Below are positions 1 through 10,644 of a DNA stretch of 64,000 nucleotides, piece by piece. Each line of letters begins with the position of its first letter. Within the stretch, counting starts at the first letter, position 1. Source of the DNA: a virus (Duplodnaviria > Caudoviricetes). Under the pieces are notes generated by a model, which ran no database searches, was not told the DNA's origin, and worked only from the letters and a program-made list of their open reading frames with translations. The position numbers and the translations under genes were made by a program. The stretch is taken from the IMG/VR virus record IMGVR_UViG_3300032219_000688, positions 511 through 64,510 of that record; one strand, written 5' to 3'.

Positions 1-1
1 T

Positions 2-1105
2 CCAGGTTGGGCATGGATGTCCAACAACTCTATCGAAGCAAATGTTGGAATGGATTACGAAAAGTATGTAGACCGTATTGTTGACAACGGTGAGCCAGGA
101 TTTATTTGGCTTGATGTTGCTCGTAACTTTGGTCGTTTGGCAGACCCAGCAGATGGCAAGGACTATCGTGTAATGGGCTTCAATCCGTGTGCAGAACAGC
201 CACTAGAGTCATATGAACTATGTACCCTTGTGGAAGTACACTTAAACCGTCACGAATCAAAAGAAGACTTTCTGCGTACTCTTAAGTTTGCTTACTTGTA
301 TGGAAAGACTGTAACACTTCTTCCTACTCACTGGCAACAGACAAACGGTATCATGCAAAGAAACCGCAGAATTGGAACATCTCTAACAGGCATTGCATCA
401 TTTGCTGATGAACATGGTTTACCTGCTACTCGTGAATGGATGGACGAAGGTTACAACAAGATTCGTTACTATGACAATAAGTATTCAGAGTGGATGTGTG
501 TTCGTGAATCTATTCGTGTAACTACAGTAAAGCCATCTGGTTCTGTATCAATCCTTTCTGGTGCTACCCCTGGCGTTCATTGGGGTCCAGGCGGAAAGTT
601 CTATCTAAGGGCAATCCGTTTTGGAAACACAGACCCAATGCTACACTTGTTCAAAGCGGCAGGGTATAAAATTGAAGCAGACCTAGTGTCAGCAAATACT
701 TCAGTAGTATACTTCCCAATTGCTTCAGGACAGAAACGAGCAGAAAAGGATGTAACTCTATTTGAGAAGACAGCCCTTGCTGCTACCGCTCAGAAGTACT
801 GGTCAGACAACGGTGTTTCAGTAACACTATCATTCGATACAGCAACTGAGAAACAGCACATTGCATCTGTTCTAAACATGTATGAAGGACAGTTGAAGGC
901 TGTATCCTTCTTGCCAATGGGTAACACTGTTTATCCACAACAGCCATATTCTGAAATTACAGAAGATGAGTACAACTACTACATTGGTAGACTAGCAAAG
1001 ATTGACTTCTCTGCTATCTATGATGGAGTGGACAATCTGGAAGCACAAGGCGAAGCCTACTGCACCACCGATTACTGTGAAATCAAGATTCCAGATAAAA
1101 ACTAA
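2..1105 (+). CDS. nrdJ: Class II (adenosylcobalamin-dependent) ribonucleotide reductase, 5'-truncated by the window edge
   Basis: The frame is open from base 2 (PGWAWMSNNS...). It has the catalytic NPCAE motif, TTVKPSG and a C-terminal CTTDYC redox pair. Confidence 0.93.
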   Translation, partial: PGWAWMSNNSIEANVGMDYEKYVDRIVDNGEPGFIWLDVARNFGRLADPADGKDYRVMGFNPCAEQPLESYELCTLVEVHLNRHESKEDFLRTLKFAYLYGKTVTLLPTHWQQTNGIMQRNRRIGTSLTGIASFADEHGLPATREWMDEGYNKIRYYDNKYSEWMCVRESIRVTTVKPSGSVSILSGATPGVHWGPGGKFYLRAIRFGNTDPMLHLFKAAGYKIEADLVSANTSVVYFPIASGQKRAEKDVTLFEKTALAATAQKYWSDNGVSVTLSFDTATEKQHIASVLNMYEGQLKAVSFLPMGNTVYPQQPYSEITEDEYNYYIGRLAKIDFSAIYDGVDNLEAQGEAYCTTDYCEIKIPDKN

Positions 1106-1115
1106 ATAAGTAAGA

Positions 1116-1149
1116 TACCCTGTCATTAACTTGGCAGGGTATTTTCTTA
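1116..1149 (+). terminator. Intrinsic terminator after the RNR gene
   Basis: Stem TACCCTGTCA/TGGCAGGGTA followed by TTTTCTT. Confidence 0.75.
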
Positions 1150-1151
1150 TG

Positions 1152-1160
1152 TGATAGAAT
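1152..1160 (+). promoter_or_regulatory. Extended -10 promoter (TGA-TAGAAT), likely leaderless transcript
   Basis: The hexamer ends 7 nt before ATG 1168; no Shine-Dalgarno (SD) sequence. Confidence 0.6.
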
Positions 1161-1167
1161 TGTAGAT

Positions 1168-4035
1168 ATGACTACCAAATCTCACCATTATGCAGACAAA
1201 ATAATTGCAGAACATCCCAGAGCAGTATATGTTTTAGGAGATTCCTTTATTGACGCATTCGCTGAAAGTCCAAAATATTTTGATGCCTACAATACATCGA
1301 AGGATGCAGCAGAGATAGACTCTGGTATTTCTATTGAAAAGGTTGCCCCTATTGTTTATGGCTCTGACTATTCTGTTTTCCTATCTGGAAACTCTGAAAC
1401 ACTTACCTTGCCATCTTTCGGGGTATTTAGTTCAAGAGCAAAGTATGCAAAAAATACATTAGAGTTCTGGACAAAGATAGATAAGCCATATCTAGGAAGA
1501 CGAAAGATAGTTGGACCAGTAGGAGATACTAGCGATAGTGGTCTTTATGTAAATCAAACATCTCTCATCCTCAAAGTAGGAACTCAAAGTAAATCAGCAT
1601 ACATCAAAGACTTTAACAGACCATTCCTAATTCAAATAGTTAGTTACGACAATGTATGTCTATTGCTTGTAAACGGAGAACTGTTGATATCTTTGTCACT
1701 ATCTGATAGCGATATTGCTTTACTACCATCAAGCGATTCAATTGTTTTTGGTCCTGGAACCTATGACTGTATTTCAATTTATCCTTACAACGTAGACAGA
1801 AGCCAGGCTTTAAGAAGGTTTGCCTTTGGTCAGGGGGTATCGTTCCAAGAGAATGTCATAAAGTCATTTGACGGAGCATCTGCAATCATTGACTACTCTA
1901 AATCAAATTATGCAAATAACTATAATTATACTACAAACTCTAACTGGAAACAGTCAAAAAACAATAATCTAAATGTAGAACAGTATGCTTTATCTAATTT
2001 CCAATACACCCCACCAACATTTAATTGTGCCACTAGTTCTACTATCTCTTTCTCTGGAACAACCTTTAGTTTGCCAGCATCATCAAACCTAAAGTTAGAT
2101 AGTTTAGAGATGATGAACTTTCCAACAAAAGCATTCTACATGCATGGAAGTTACGCAGCCTTACCAGGCTCAGAGCAAATACTGTTTAAACTAGTAAATA
2201 ACAGCAATGACTCAACTTTTACTATTAGCGTAAACAGCAATAACATATATTATAAGATAAAGATTGATGCAACCGCAGAGTACACAATATTTGAGGAACT
2301 TGCTCCAGCAACAAACTTAATACTAAATTCAGGTGTTTATAAATTTATTATAGGACTAGACATAGACAAATTTACAGCATATTGCATAGAGAACAACTTA
2401 GGGTCAAATGTCTTAAACTTTTTTGCAAACCAAAAAGACCTATCTGTTTACATTGGTGGAAACGATGACCTAACTGTAAATAAAACATGTTTAGCAAACA
2501 TTAGTTCTGTAAAATTCTTAACAGCAGAAAATTTAGAAAAAAAGCCAACCCTTGTCCTGACCTCTGGTACGTTCAACCATCCAACTAACATAAATTCAAA
2601 TCCATCTGGAACTGAAGCAAAGCAAAATGCTATAACTGGAAGTTACGATATTAAGTCATACAGGGACAAACTAGAGTATGTTGACGGAGCCTACAGACTT
2701 TCAGTTGCCACAAACGGATACTGGAAAAATGATATTCCACTTACCCACTTTTGCAAAACTGTAAAAGATACTAATGGAAATGACACCTACACGTTTGACT
2801 TTATTCAATTTAATTATGACTACGAATCGCCAATACTTTTAGATTCAACCTACCTTGATACAACAAACTACGAAACCAGCGTAAAGACATACGTCACCTT
2901 TGAGCCACTCAATTCTGCGTACAAACAAGATTCTGTGTTTACAATTGTAAAAGCAAGTTCGGAAAGGGTTTTAGTTCCAGGGGCATCTTGGGCAACAGAA
3001 AAATACGAAATTACAGACAATTTTGTAATTTACCCACCAACAGGCATAGACCTAAAAGAACACACAATGGTTATTCATTTAGATTTTGATGTAGCAGATA
3101 CACAAAATAACGTGGTAACTATTCAAAAAATGCAGTTAGCATCACAAGCATACAACGCAAATGCAGAGAATCCAATAGGTACAAGGTTTGGTAGCAAATT
3201 AGTACCATACACATACACCATTCCAGTTTCTACAAGGCTGTATGATTACAAGGCTTATAACCCATTTCTGATTAATAAAAAGGATAATCCATATATCTAT
3301 ATGGCAAGAGATTCTGGAATTAGATTGGTAGGGCTTGGAACTACAACCGCTGGAGTTTATCGTGGAATCAAGATGCCAATTAATGAAAGTCTAAATAGTT
3401 TCTTTAACATAAATGTTTTGCAACTATCAATTTTCTATAATGCAGAATTAAATACTAGTTCTTCTCCATTCTATGCAAAGTTTCCAAATGCATCAGAACA
3501 AATTTTTGAGATACAGGCAAACAACAAAACTGTAAAATTCTACCTAACTAGAACTGGTAATGGAGACACAGCAACGCTATCTGCAATCTCTGACGAAGTT
3601 ACTAATCAAGACATCAAATACTATCTCAATGGAGAATTAAAAGCAAGTCCAAGCATATACACAAATAAGTGGTACACGTTGACCATAGTTTTCTCAAACC
3701 CATTGATTTTTGATGGTGCTGAAGGAGAGTTTGACTTAGTTGGCGGTATATCAATCGACAACTTGTCCTACTATCAATTTACACCAGAACAAATGGCAAG
3801 AAACGGTTGGCAACTAATAGTTCCATATACTTGGCAACATGTATCAAACACATATACATGGGAACAGTTGCCAAACCTTTCATCAATATCTCCTGTAGAT
3901 TCTTATTCTATGTTTACTGGAACAAATAGACTTATTGGTCAAAGCAGACCAGAGTACAGTTTGGCACTCATAGAAACAGGATATGACTACTATCCAGATA
4001 TTTCAAAGCAAACAATTACATCCATTCCGATATAA
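1168..4035 (+). CDS. Large beta-rich putative virion protein, possibly with concanavalin A/LamG-like domains (955 aa)
   Basis: Long ORF rich in S/T/N/Y, with LamG-like segments (TLEFWTKI, NKWYTLTIVF). It lies just upstream of the portal operon. Confidence 0.5.
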   Translation: MTTKSHHYADKIIAEHPRAVYVLGDSFIDAFAESPKYFDAYNTSKDAAEIDSGISIEKVAPIVYGSDYSVFLSGNSETLTLPSFGVFSSRAKYAKNTLEFWTKIDKPYLGRRKIVGPVGDTSDSGLYVNQTSLILKVGTQSKSAYIKDFNRPFLIQIVSYDNVCLLLVNGELLISLSLSDSDIALLPSSDSIVFGPGTYDCISIYPYNVDRSQALRRFAFGQGVSFQENVIKSFDGASAIIDYSKSNYANNYNYTTNSNWKQSKNNNLNVEQYALSNFQYTPPTFNCATSSTISFSGTTFSLPASSNLKLDSLEMMNFPTKAFYMHGSYAALPGSEQILFKLVNNSNDSTFTISVNSNNIYYKIKIDATAEYTIFEELAPATNLILNSGVYKFIIGLDIDKFTAYCIENNLGSNVLNFFANQKDLSVYIGGNDDLTVNKTCLANISSVKFLTAENLEKKPTLVLTSGTFNHPTNINSNPSGTEAKQNAITGSYDIKSYRDKLEYVDGAYRLSVATNGYWKNDIPLTHFCKTVKDTNGNDTYTFDFIQFNYDYESPILLDSTYLDTTNYETSVKTYVTFEPLNSAYKQDSVFTIVKASSERVLVPGASWATEKYEITDNFVIYPPTGIDLKEHTMVIHLDFDVADTQNNVVTIQKMQLASQAYNANAENPIGTRFGSKLVPYTYTIPVSTRLYDYKAYNPFLINKKDNPYIYMARDSGIRLVGLGTTTAGVYRGIKMPINESLNSFFNINVLQLSIFYNAELNTSSSPFYAKFPNASEQIFEIQANNKTVKFYLTRTGNGDTATLSAISDEVTNQDIKYYLNGELKASPSIYTNKWYTLTIVFSNPLIFDGAEGEFDLVGGISIDNLSYYQFTPEQMARNGWQLIVPYTWQHVSNTYTWEQLPNLSSISPVDSYSMFTGTNRLIGQSRPEYSLALIETGYDYYPDISKQTITSIPI

Positions 4036-4053
4036 TATGGTATACTAGTGGTT

Positions 4054-4449
4054 ATGAATATAGATACTACAAAAGATATTGGTCAAGTCATGCCCAACCA
4101 AATTGGTAAAACAAGAGTTTCTGTCGTAGAGGAACCTTTTTCAGACTATGGAATCTACGTTTGGCAACTACGCTCAGGTAAAATGTTTACCGATGGAGAA
4201 GGCAATGCCCTCAGCATCGACTCTATGAAGGGCGATGAATCAAGAATTGCTTTGCTTCGTAACGAGGCTGCTTGGCTAGGACAGCCAGATGGTCAGGCAG
4301 TATTCTTTGCCAATGTTCGCAAGGTATCCGATGAAGAGTATAGCGAACAGATTGACCGTATGTCTCAGGGATATATTCCTTCAGAAACAGACCTAGGTGC
4401 TTTGGTCGATGCAAAGAAAACTTTTGACCAATTTGGAAGTGACGATTAA
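4054..4449 (+). CDS. Hypothetical protein immediately upstream of portal
   Basis: ATG 4054 lies 7 nt after TGG-TATACT (4038-4046); its stop overlaps the portal start (TAATG). Confidence 0.7.
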   Translation: MNIDTTKDIGQVMPNQIGKTRVSVVEEPFSDYGIYVWQLRSGKMFTDGEGNALSIDSMKGDESRIALLRNEAAWLGQPDGQAVFFANVRKVSDEEYSEQIDRMSQGYIPSETDLGALVDAKKTFDQFGSDD

Positions 4450-6047
4450 TGAGTTATTATGAATACGCCAATACTCCTGCAAGATTAGACGAGGCTCCAG
4501 AAACTGTAAACGAATTTGCGTCTATGGACCCATTCACCAAGTCTTGGGAAGAACTAAAGGGTCTTTCTGGTATGCAGACTAACTTTAAGCGTAGAAGTTC
4601 TAGAATGTCTAAGGCTTTGGGCGATGATGCCTATCTAGAGTCTGCTGGTGCAATCCAGATGGGTACTAATGGTGCTCGCTCAAATGCCATTAACCCTGGT
4701 ATAGTATTTCGCAACGCATACTCACTATTTGATGTAATTACCCCACCATACAATCTTTACGAACTTGCAAATTACTACGACACATCTTTTGCCAACCACG
4801 CTGCTATTGACGCTAAAGTAGAAAATACAGTTGGTCTTGGCTACGATTTTATAGTATCTGACAAAACAAATCTTAAACTAGAGGCTGCAACAGCAGACCA
4901 AATGGCTCGTGCTAGAAATAGAATAGAAAGACTAAAGGTTCAACTCAGAGACTGGGTAGAAGGATTAAACCAAGACGAGTCATTCTCTTCTGTTCTTGAA
5001 AAGGTATTTACTGATGTACATGCAATGGGCAATGGCTATATTGAAGTTGGAAGAACAACCAGTGGAGACATTGGCTACATTGGTCATATTCCTGCATCAA
5101 CAATGCGTGTTCGTAGATTGCGTGATGGCTATGTTCAAATTATCTCAAACAAGGTTGTTTACTTCCGCAATTTTGGAGCAAAGAATGTAAACTACATTAC
5201 AGAAGACCCAAGACCAAATGAGATTATACACATCAAAGAATACTCCCCTCTAAATACTTTCTATGGTGTTCCAGACATTATGGCGGCTATGCCATCTCTA
5301 CTAGGAGACATGTTGGCATCACAATATAACATTGATTACTTCAACAACAAGGCTGTACCACGTTACATTGTAACTCTTAAGGGTGCACAACTTACTCAAG
5401 AGGCAGAGGACAAGTTGTTCCGTTTCTTACAGACTGGTCTAAAGGGTCAGTCACACAGAACTCTTTACATCCCATTGCCAGGAGATTCAGATAGCAACAA
5501 GGTTGAGTTCAAGATGGAACCAATTGAAAATGGTGTTCAGGAAGGCTCATTCTCAAAATACCGTGACCAGAACCGTGACGATATTCTTGTTGCTCACCAA
5601 GTACCACTTTCAAAACTTGGTGGTAGCAGTTCATCATCAATTGCTGACTCACTAGCACAAGACAGAACATTTAAAGAGCAGGTAGCAAGACCAGCCCAAC
5701 GTAATCTTGAGAAGATTCTAAACAAGATTATTCGTGAAAAGACAGATGTCTTAGAATTTAAGTTCAATGAACTTACACTTACCGATGAATTGGCTCAGTC
5801 ACAGATTCTTACCAATTATGTTAAGAACCAGATTATGGTTCCTAACGAGGCTCGTGAACTTCTTAATCTTCCAGAGCGTGAAGAAAGTGATTCAATGATT
5901 CAACCTACTGCTCGCCAAGCAGCAGATTCAAACGCTAACAATGCAGGGAACAGAGAGCGTGATGCTCAACGCCAACAGGCTCAGGCTGACAATACAGCAA
6001 CAACTGCAGGTAGAAATGCTCAAGGCGAGGGGAGACGCTCCTCTTAA
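4449..6047 (+). CDS. Portal protein (HK97/PBSX-like)
   Basis: 532 aa with GNGYIEV, EIIHIKEYSPLNTFYGVP, YFNNKAVP and MVPNEARELLNLP motifs; precedes the protease and capsid genes. Confidence 0.9.
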   Translation: MSYYEYANTPARLDEAPETVNEFASMDPFTKSWEELKGLSGMQTNFKRRSSRMSKALGDDAYLESAGAIQMGTNGARSNAINPGIVFRNAYSLFDVITPPYNLYELANYYDTSFANHAAIDAKVENTVGLGYDFIVSDKTNLKLEAATADQMARARNRIERLKVQLRDWVEGLNQDESFSSVLEKVFTDVHAMGNGYIEVGRTTSGDIGYIGHIPASTMRVRRLRDGYVQIISNKVVYFRNFGAKNVNYITEDPRPNEIIHIKEYSPLNTFYGVPDIMAAMPSLLGDMLASQYNIDYFNNKAVPRYIVTLKGAQLTQEAEDKLFRFLQTGLKGQSHRTLYIPLPGDSDSNKVEFKMEPIENGVQEGSFSKYRDQNRDDILVAHQVPLSKLGGSSSSSIADSLAQDRTFKEQVARPAQRNLEKILNKIIREKTDVLEFKFNELTLTDELAQSQILTNYVKNQIMVPNEARELLNLPEREESDSMIQPTARQAADSNANNAGNRERDAQRQQAQADNTATTAGRNAQGEGRRSS

Positions 6048-6104
6048 AAAGTGGTATAATAACATTTGTATAACACTTTCACAAAAAGGGGCTATAATTA
6101 ATCT

Positions 6105-7355
6105 ATGAGTATTCAAAAAGCACATTTTGACATTGACGGAAATAATGTCCGTATCTCCATGCCTTTGACTAAGGTGGACGAAGAACGAAGAATTGTATCT
6201 GGTTTTGCCACGCTTGATAACATCGACAAGCAAATGGACATTGTAACTCCAGAAGCATCAGTAAATGCTTTCTCAAAATTCCGTGGCAACATTCGTGAAA
6301 TGCACCAGCCAAAAGCGGTAGGCAAGATGGTAGCATTTAAAGAAGACAAATACTTTGACCCAGAAGAAAAGAAGTTCTATCAGGGTGTCTATGTGTCTGC
6401 TTACGTTTCTAAAGGTGCACAAGACACTTGGGAAAAGGTTTTGGATGGCACACTTACTGGATTTTCCATTGGCGGTAAAATGAACAAGTGGGATGATGGA
6501 TATGACGAAAAAAGCGATTCCGCTATTAGAATTATTAAAGACTACGACTTGGTTGAACTATCCCTTGTAGACAGTCCAGCAAATCAATTTGCAAACATCC
6601 TATCTGTTGAAAAGGTTGACGGTGTTGACACCATCACAGGCGAGGGTACTGACACAGTTCTAGAAAATGTATTCTGGGACAAAGAATCGGGATTGGTAAC
6701 AATCTCAGAAGAAGAAGTAGCAACTAGCCCAGTCACTGGTGCAAGTATGCAAAACATAGGTTTTGTCGAGAAGTCAGATGCTGACAAACTTGACATGATA
6801 AAGTTCTTAGTAGATAGTGCTAAAGGCATTAATACTTCTAAGACTATTAAAAAGGAGAATGATAACATGACCGATGAAAACGTAAACGTTGAATCAGTAG
6901 ATGTCGCTCCAGAGGCAGAAGTTGTAGTTGACGCTCCTGCTACAGAAGAAGTTGTTGAAGACGCTCCAGTAGCAGACCCAACACATGTAGAAGAAGTTGT
7001 AGAAGATGTAGTTCCAGGTTCAGAGGAAGAAATTGCCAAGGCAGTTTCAGAACTAGGCTCAACAGTTACAACAGCCTTTAGCGACATTACAGCAATCATC
7101 AAGTCTCTAGCAGATGCAAATGCATCACTAGTTAATGAAGTTGCTGAACTAAAGAAGTCTCTTGGATTTGTTACCTCAAAGGTTACAGATGCAGAGTCAG
7201 ACTTTAACAATCTTGGAAAGCGTATTGATGCTGTTGAAGCAGATACCGCTTTCCGCAAGTCTGGTGACCTCGGTGAGGTCATTCAGGAACCAGTACTGGT
7301 GGAAAAATCAGTATGGGGCGGAAGTTTCCTCACAACATCCGATTTACTAAAATAA
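6105..7355 (+). CDS. Prohead protease (HK97 family) fused to an acidic, coiled-coil scaffold region
   Basis: VSGFATLDNID, NIREMHQ, LTGFSIGG and ELSLVDSPAN motifs; the C-terminal half is E/V/A-rich and then coiled coil. Confidence 0.88.
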   Translation: MSIQKAHFDIDGNNVRISMPLTKVDEERRIVSGFATLDNIDKQMDIVTPEASVNAFSKFRGNIREMHQPKAVGKMVAFKEDKYFDPEEKKFYQGVYVSAYVSKGAQDTWEKVLDGTLTGFSIGGKMNKWDDGYDEKSDSAIRIIKDYDLVELSLVDSPANQFANILSVEKVDGVDTITGEGTDTVLENVFWDKESGLVTISEEEVATSPVTGASMQNIGFVEKSDADKLDMIKFLVDSAKGINTSKTIKKENDNMTDENVNVESVDVAPEAEVVVDAPATEEVVEDAPVADPTHVEEVVEDVVPGSEEEIAKAVSELGSTVTTAFSDITAIIKSLADANASLVNEVAELKKSLGFVTSKVTDAESDFNNLGKRIDAVEADTAFRKSGDLGEVIQEPVLVEKSVWGGSFLTTSDLLK

Positions 7356-7378
7356 TTCACTAGGAGGTGAAAAATAAA

Positions 7379-8542
7379 ATGTCAGAAGAAATTATCAAAA
7401 ATATGCCTTCAGGTACGTCTCCAGTTTCTGGATACCCTAACGCTGAAGGTGCTTTCGGTACATCAGACAGCGTGTCGAGCGGCACAGGAGCGTTCTCAGA
7501 AAACGGAACTTTCCTAGGTACCAGCCCGACTGCTAACTTTGGTGTAACAACAGGTGCAAATGCTGTAAACCCATCTAGCACTGCGAACAACAACTATCCA
7601 GGTACTGGTATCCTACGCCCTGAACAGGCAAGACGATTTATCGACTATGTTTGGGACGCAACCACACTTGCAAAGGACGGACGCAGAGTTACAATGAGAG
7701 CAAACACAATGGAGTTGGAGAAGATTAACGTGGGAGACCGTGTTATTCGTGCTGCAAACCAGGGTGTTTCAACATACACTAACACAGGTGCAACTTTCTC
7801 AAAGGTTGAACTAACTACCAAGAAGATTCGTCTAGACTGGGAAGTTTCTGCGGAGACACTCGAAGATAACATCGAGGGTGCTGCTCTAGAGGACCACCTA
7901 GTTCGTCTAATGACTAATGCTTTCGGTAACGACATCGAAGACCTAGCCATTAACGGTGACGGTTCAACAGGTTCGTTCCTAAGCATTATGAATGGATTCA
8001 TTAACTTGGAGAAGACTAGCCCTAGCGTTAGTTCTGGTAACAACCCTGGAAGTGCACACGAAGTAATTAACACAACACTAGTTGGGTCAAATGCTGCGTT
8101 CACTGATTGGACAACTGAAAGAATGCAAGCACTTATCTTGGCTATGCCTCGCAGATACCGTGCTATCACTAACGGACTAAAGTTCTATGCTGGTACAGAC
8201 ACATTTGCCAACATCGTTAAGAACAATGGTACTGTTATTGCTAACATCGGTTCTACTGAAGGTTCTCGTGGAGAGTTCCTAGGTGGTGCAAACCAGACTT
8301 TCGGTGAAGCACGTCAGACTCGTGTTCTAGGTGTACCTGTTCTTGAAGTTCCTTACTACCCTGCAGGATTCGTTGACCTAACGTTCCCACAGAACCGTAT
8401 TTGGGGCTTCCAGAGAGATATCACTGTAAACCGTTTCTATGTACCAAAGAAGGACACTGTAGAATATACAGTATTCGTTCGTTTCGGTATCGCATGGGAA
8501 GAACTGGATGCAGTAGCATTCGCAGACACAACAACAGACTAA
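7379..8542 (+). CDS. Major capsid protein (HK97 fold)
   Basis: SD GGAGGTG (7363-7369) precedes ATG 7379. Motifs FIDYVWDAT, LTTKKIRLDWEVS, AFGNDIEDLAINGD; highly biased codons; followed by a terminator. Confidence 0.92.
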   Translation: MSEEIIKNMPSGTSPVSGYPNAEGAFGTSDSVSSGTGAFSENGTFLGTSPTANFGVTTGANAVNPSSTANNNYPGTGILRPEQARRFIDYVWDATTLAKDGRRVTMRANTMELEKINVGDRVIRAANQGVSTYTNTGATFSKVELTTKKIRLDWEVSAETLEDNIEGAALEDHLVRLMTNAFGNDIEDLAINGDGSTGSFLSIMNGFINLEKTSPSVSSGNNPGSAHEVINTTLVGSNAAFTDWTTERMQALILAMPRRYRAITNGLKFYAGTDTFANIVKNNGTVIANIGSTEGSRGEFLGGANQTFGEARQTRVLGVPVLEVPYYPAGFVDLTFPQNRIWGFQRDITVNRFYVPKKDTVEYTVFVRFGIAWEELDAVAFADTTTD

Positions 8543-8567
8543 TCTCTGTTTAGTGTTATCCTTGAAT

Positions 8568-8601
8568 GGGGGTAGGGATTAATTTCTCTACCCCCTTTCT
8601 A
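8568..8601 (+). terminator. Intrinsic terminator after the capsid gene
   Basis: Stem GGGGGTAGGGA/TCTCTACCCCC followed by TTTCT. Confidence 0.8.
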
Positions 8602-8644
8602 TATTTATCTGGTATAATTAAAATAAATCTAAGGAGGATTTATC

Positions 8645-9040
8645 ATGGCTGAAGAAAAAAAGACACCTACCCCAAAGCCTGTTGTTGAAGATGCAGTTGT
8701 AGAAACAGTTGTAGAAGAAGTAGCAGAAGTGGTTGAGGAAAAGGTTATCGTAGCACCAGAACCAACAAGAGACGTTCCTACATTGGGATTCAATGCAGAT
8801 GGCGTAATTGGTTCAACAACTACAAATGCTGGAAAAGCAAAGGTAGAAAAGAAAGAGGTTGAAGAAGTATCAGTAACCACAAAGGTTGCAGTATTCTCAA
8901 CACGCAACGTATATGCAGATGGCTTTGGAAAGATTAATGTTGGCTACAACATTATTCCAAAAAGATATGCAGACTTCTGGACAACACAAAGAGGCATTCG
9001 CCTATGTACTCCAGAAGAAGTAGCGGAGGCATTTGCCTAA
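8645..9040 (+). CDS. Hypothetical head-associated protein (131 aa)
   Basis: Own promoter (TGG-TATAAT 8610-8618) and SD AAGGAGG (8631-8637); lies between capsid and neck genes. Confidence 0.7.
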   Translation: MAEEKKTPTPKPVVEDAVVETVVEEVAEVVEEKVIVAPEPTRDVPTLGFNADGVIGSTTTNAGKAKVEKKEVEEVSVTTKVAVFSTRNVYADGFGKINVGYNIIPKRYADFWTTQRGIRLCTPEEVAEAFA

Positions 9041-10198
9041 ATGGAGGTCTTGAGAGTTCCACCTTATCCAATTACAACTAAATGGGATGTGCCAGCAGCA
9101 ACTACTGCATATTCTGTTTATGTAGAGGATTTGGTGGACCACTCATACGAAACATCCACGCTTACGTCAGACGCAAACAAGCAAATATCATATGTTTTGT
9201 CACGCTCAAAGGTACAGTATGACCGTGAGTTTTTGTTCAGGGTAACTGACTCAAGCGGAGAAATTGTAGTAGAAGACAACATAAGCGTTTATCGTCCATA
9301 TGTTAATCCAAATACTTTGGCAACTACAGCAGACGACATTGCTGAATATAAAAAGTGGGAAATCATTGCAAGGTCAATCATGGATGATTACATCCTAAGT
9401 GGCTCTGCAAATGGAGATGCTTTTTATAACCACAAACTAGTTATTGTAAAAGAAGGACAGGGCGGAGACTACTTCCCAATCTGGCACAATATAAACAAAA
9501 TTTTAAAGGTATATGAGAACAACGTTCTTATTTATAATGGAGAAGATGTTGCCATTACCCTTGCAACACAAACCCCAACAATATCTTCTGGAACTGTAAC
9601 CTTAACAACCTCTTCTGCTCATGGATACGAAATTGGGGATGTAGTGACAATCTCTGCAGTTGTTCCAACAGGATATCGTGGAACATTTGTTGTTACAGCA
9701 GTTCCGACAACAACATCTTTTAGTTTTGCAAATACAACAACAGGAAATATAACCACTGCTGGTACGGTTCTTAGAGTATGGGAATATGAGTACAAAACAT
9801 TGCTAGATAATTCTGCTATCGCTAGGGTAGAAGCAAATGGAGTATACAATAGAAACGAATCAACTCCACTAAGACTTCCAGGAGCGTCTGGAGACCTAGC
9901 AGTACACGCTGGACAAAGAACTGGTTATGCAGCCTTTGCAGAAGGAAGTGATTTTACCTTCATTGTTGATGCTGGATATAAGACCATCCCACCAGATGTA
10001 GAAAAGGCTGCAACAATACTTGTAGAAGAACTAAAATGCGGAACAAATGACTATTACAAAAGATTTGTGACTCAATATAAAACAGACCAATTTGATATCA
10101 AGTTTGCCCCACAATTCTTGGAGGGAACTGGCAACATGCTTGTTGATAAGATTCTTAACAACTATAAGGGCAATGTCTTCAAGCCAGCAATACTATAA
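9041..10198 (+). CDS. Head-to-tail adaptor-like protein with an inserted beta domain
   Basis: Position plus C-terminal VDAGYKTIPPDVEKAATILV typical of connector proteins. An internal TLTTSSAHGYEIGDVVTI...GTFVVTAV insert lies at about 9554-9777. Confidence 0.65.
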   Translation: MEVLRVPPYPITTKWDVPAATTAYSVYVEDLVDHSYETSTLTSDANKQISYVLSRSKVQYDREFLFRVTDSSGEIVVEDNISVYRPYVNPNTLATTADDIAEYKKWEIIARSIMDDYILSGSANGDAFYNHKLVIVKEGQGGDYFPIWHNINKILKVYENNVLIYNGEDVAITLATQTPTISSGTVTLTTSSAHGYEIGDVVTISAVVPTGYRGTFVVTAVPTTTSFSFANTTTGNITTAGTVLRVWEYEYKTLLDNSAIARVEANGVYNRNESTPLRLPGASGDLAVHAGQRTGYAAFAEGSDFTFIVDAGYKTIPPDVEKAATILVEELKCGTNDYYKRFVTQYKTDQFDIKFAPQFLEGTGNMLVDKILNNYKGNVFKPAIL

Positions 10199-10644
10199 TG
10201 ATATGCGAAACCACAGATTTTACCTATCCACTACTTGCTGATATCTACTATCCAATAGTTGAGACTGGTGCTTATGGCAATACAAAAAAGCAGTGGGTTT
10301 TAGACAAAACAGTTGCATCTTTCTTTAATGTCGGAGGTAGCAAATTTAAAGAAGACGTAGGGACAGAAGCAAATATTAATATTGATAATTCTATTATTGG
10401 TAGAGTAAGAAATGACCCAAGAATATCTAGCAATGAGTCTATGTATTCTATTACAAATATTGTTATTACTAACATTAGAAATAATCTTGGAGAAACTATT
10501 TATAACGAAACTGCAGGACCACGTTCTGGAAATCCAACACTATTTGAAGTAGCAACACTTAATCCTATTGTTGGTCCATTTGGAAAGGTAGAGTATTATA
10601 AAGTTATTCTTAGACGTTCTGAGAATCAGGCGGTAGACCTGTGA
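10198..10644 (+). CDS. Head closure/stopper-like protein
   Basis: 148 aa, TAATG-coupled to the adaptor; call rests on position in the neck module. Confidence 0.55.
   Translation: MICETTDFTYPLLADIYYPIVETGAYGNTKKQWVLDKTVASFFNVGGSKFKEDVGTEANINIDNSIIGRVRNDPRISSNESMYSITNIVITNIRNNLGETIYNETAGPRSGNPTLFEVATLNPIVGPFGKVEYYKVILRRSENQAVDL

Noticed and set aside
6584-8169. Long antisense ORFs (6584-7282, 7645-8169) and the many other minus-strand ORFs opposite core genes
   Set aside because: They are shadows of strongly biased plus-strand codon usage. They lack SDs or promoters and recognisable motifs, and are S/T-rich as expected for reverse frames.
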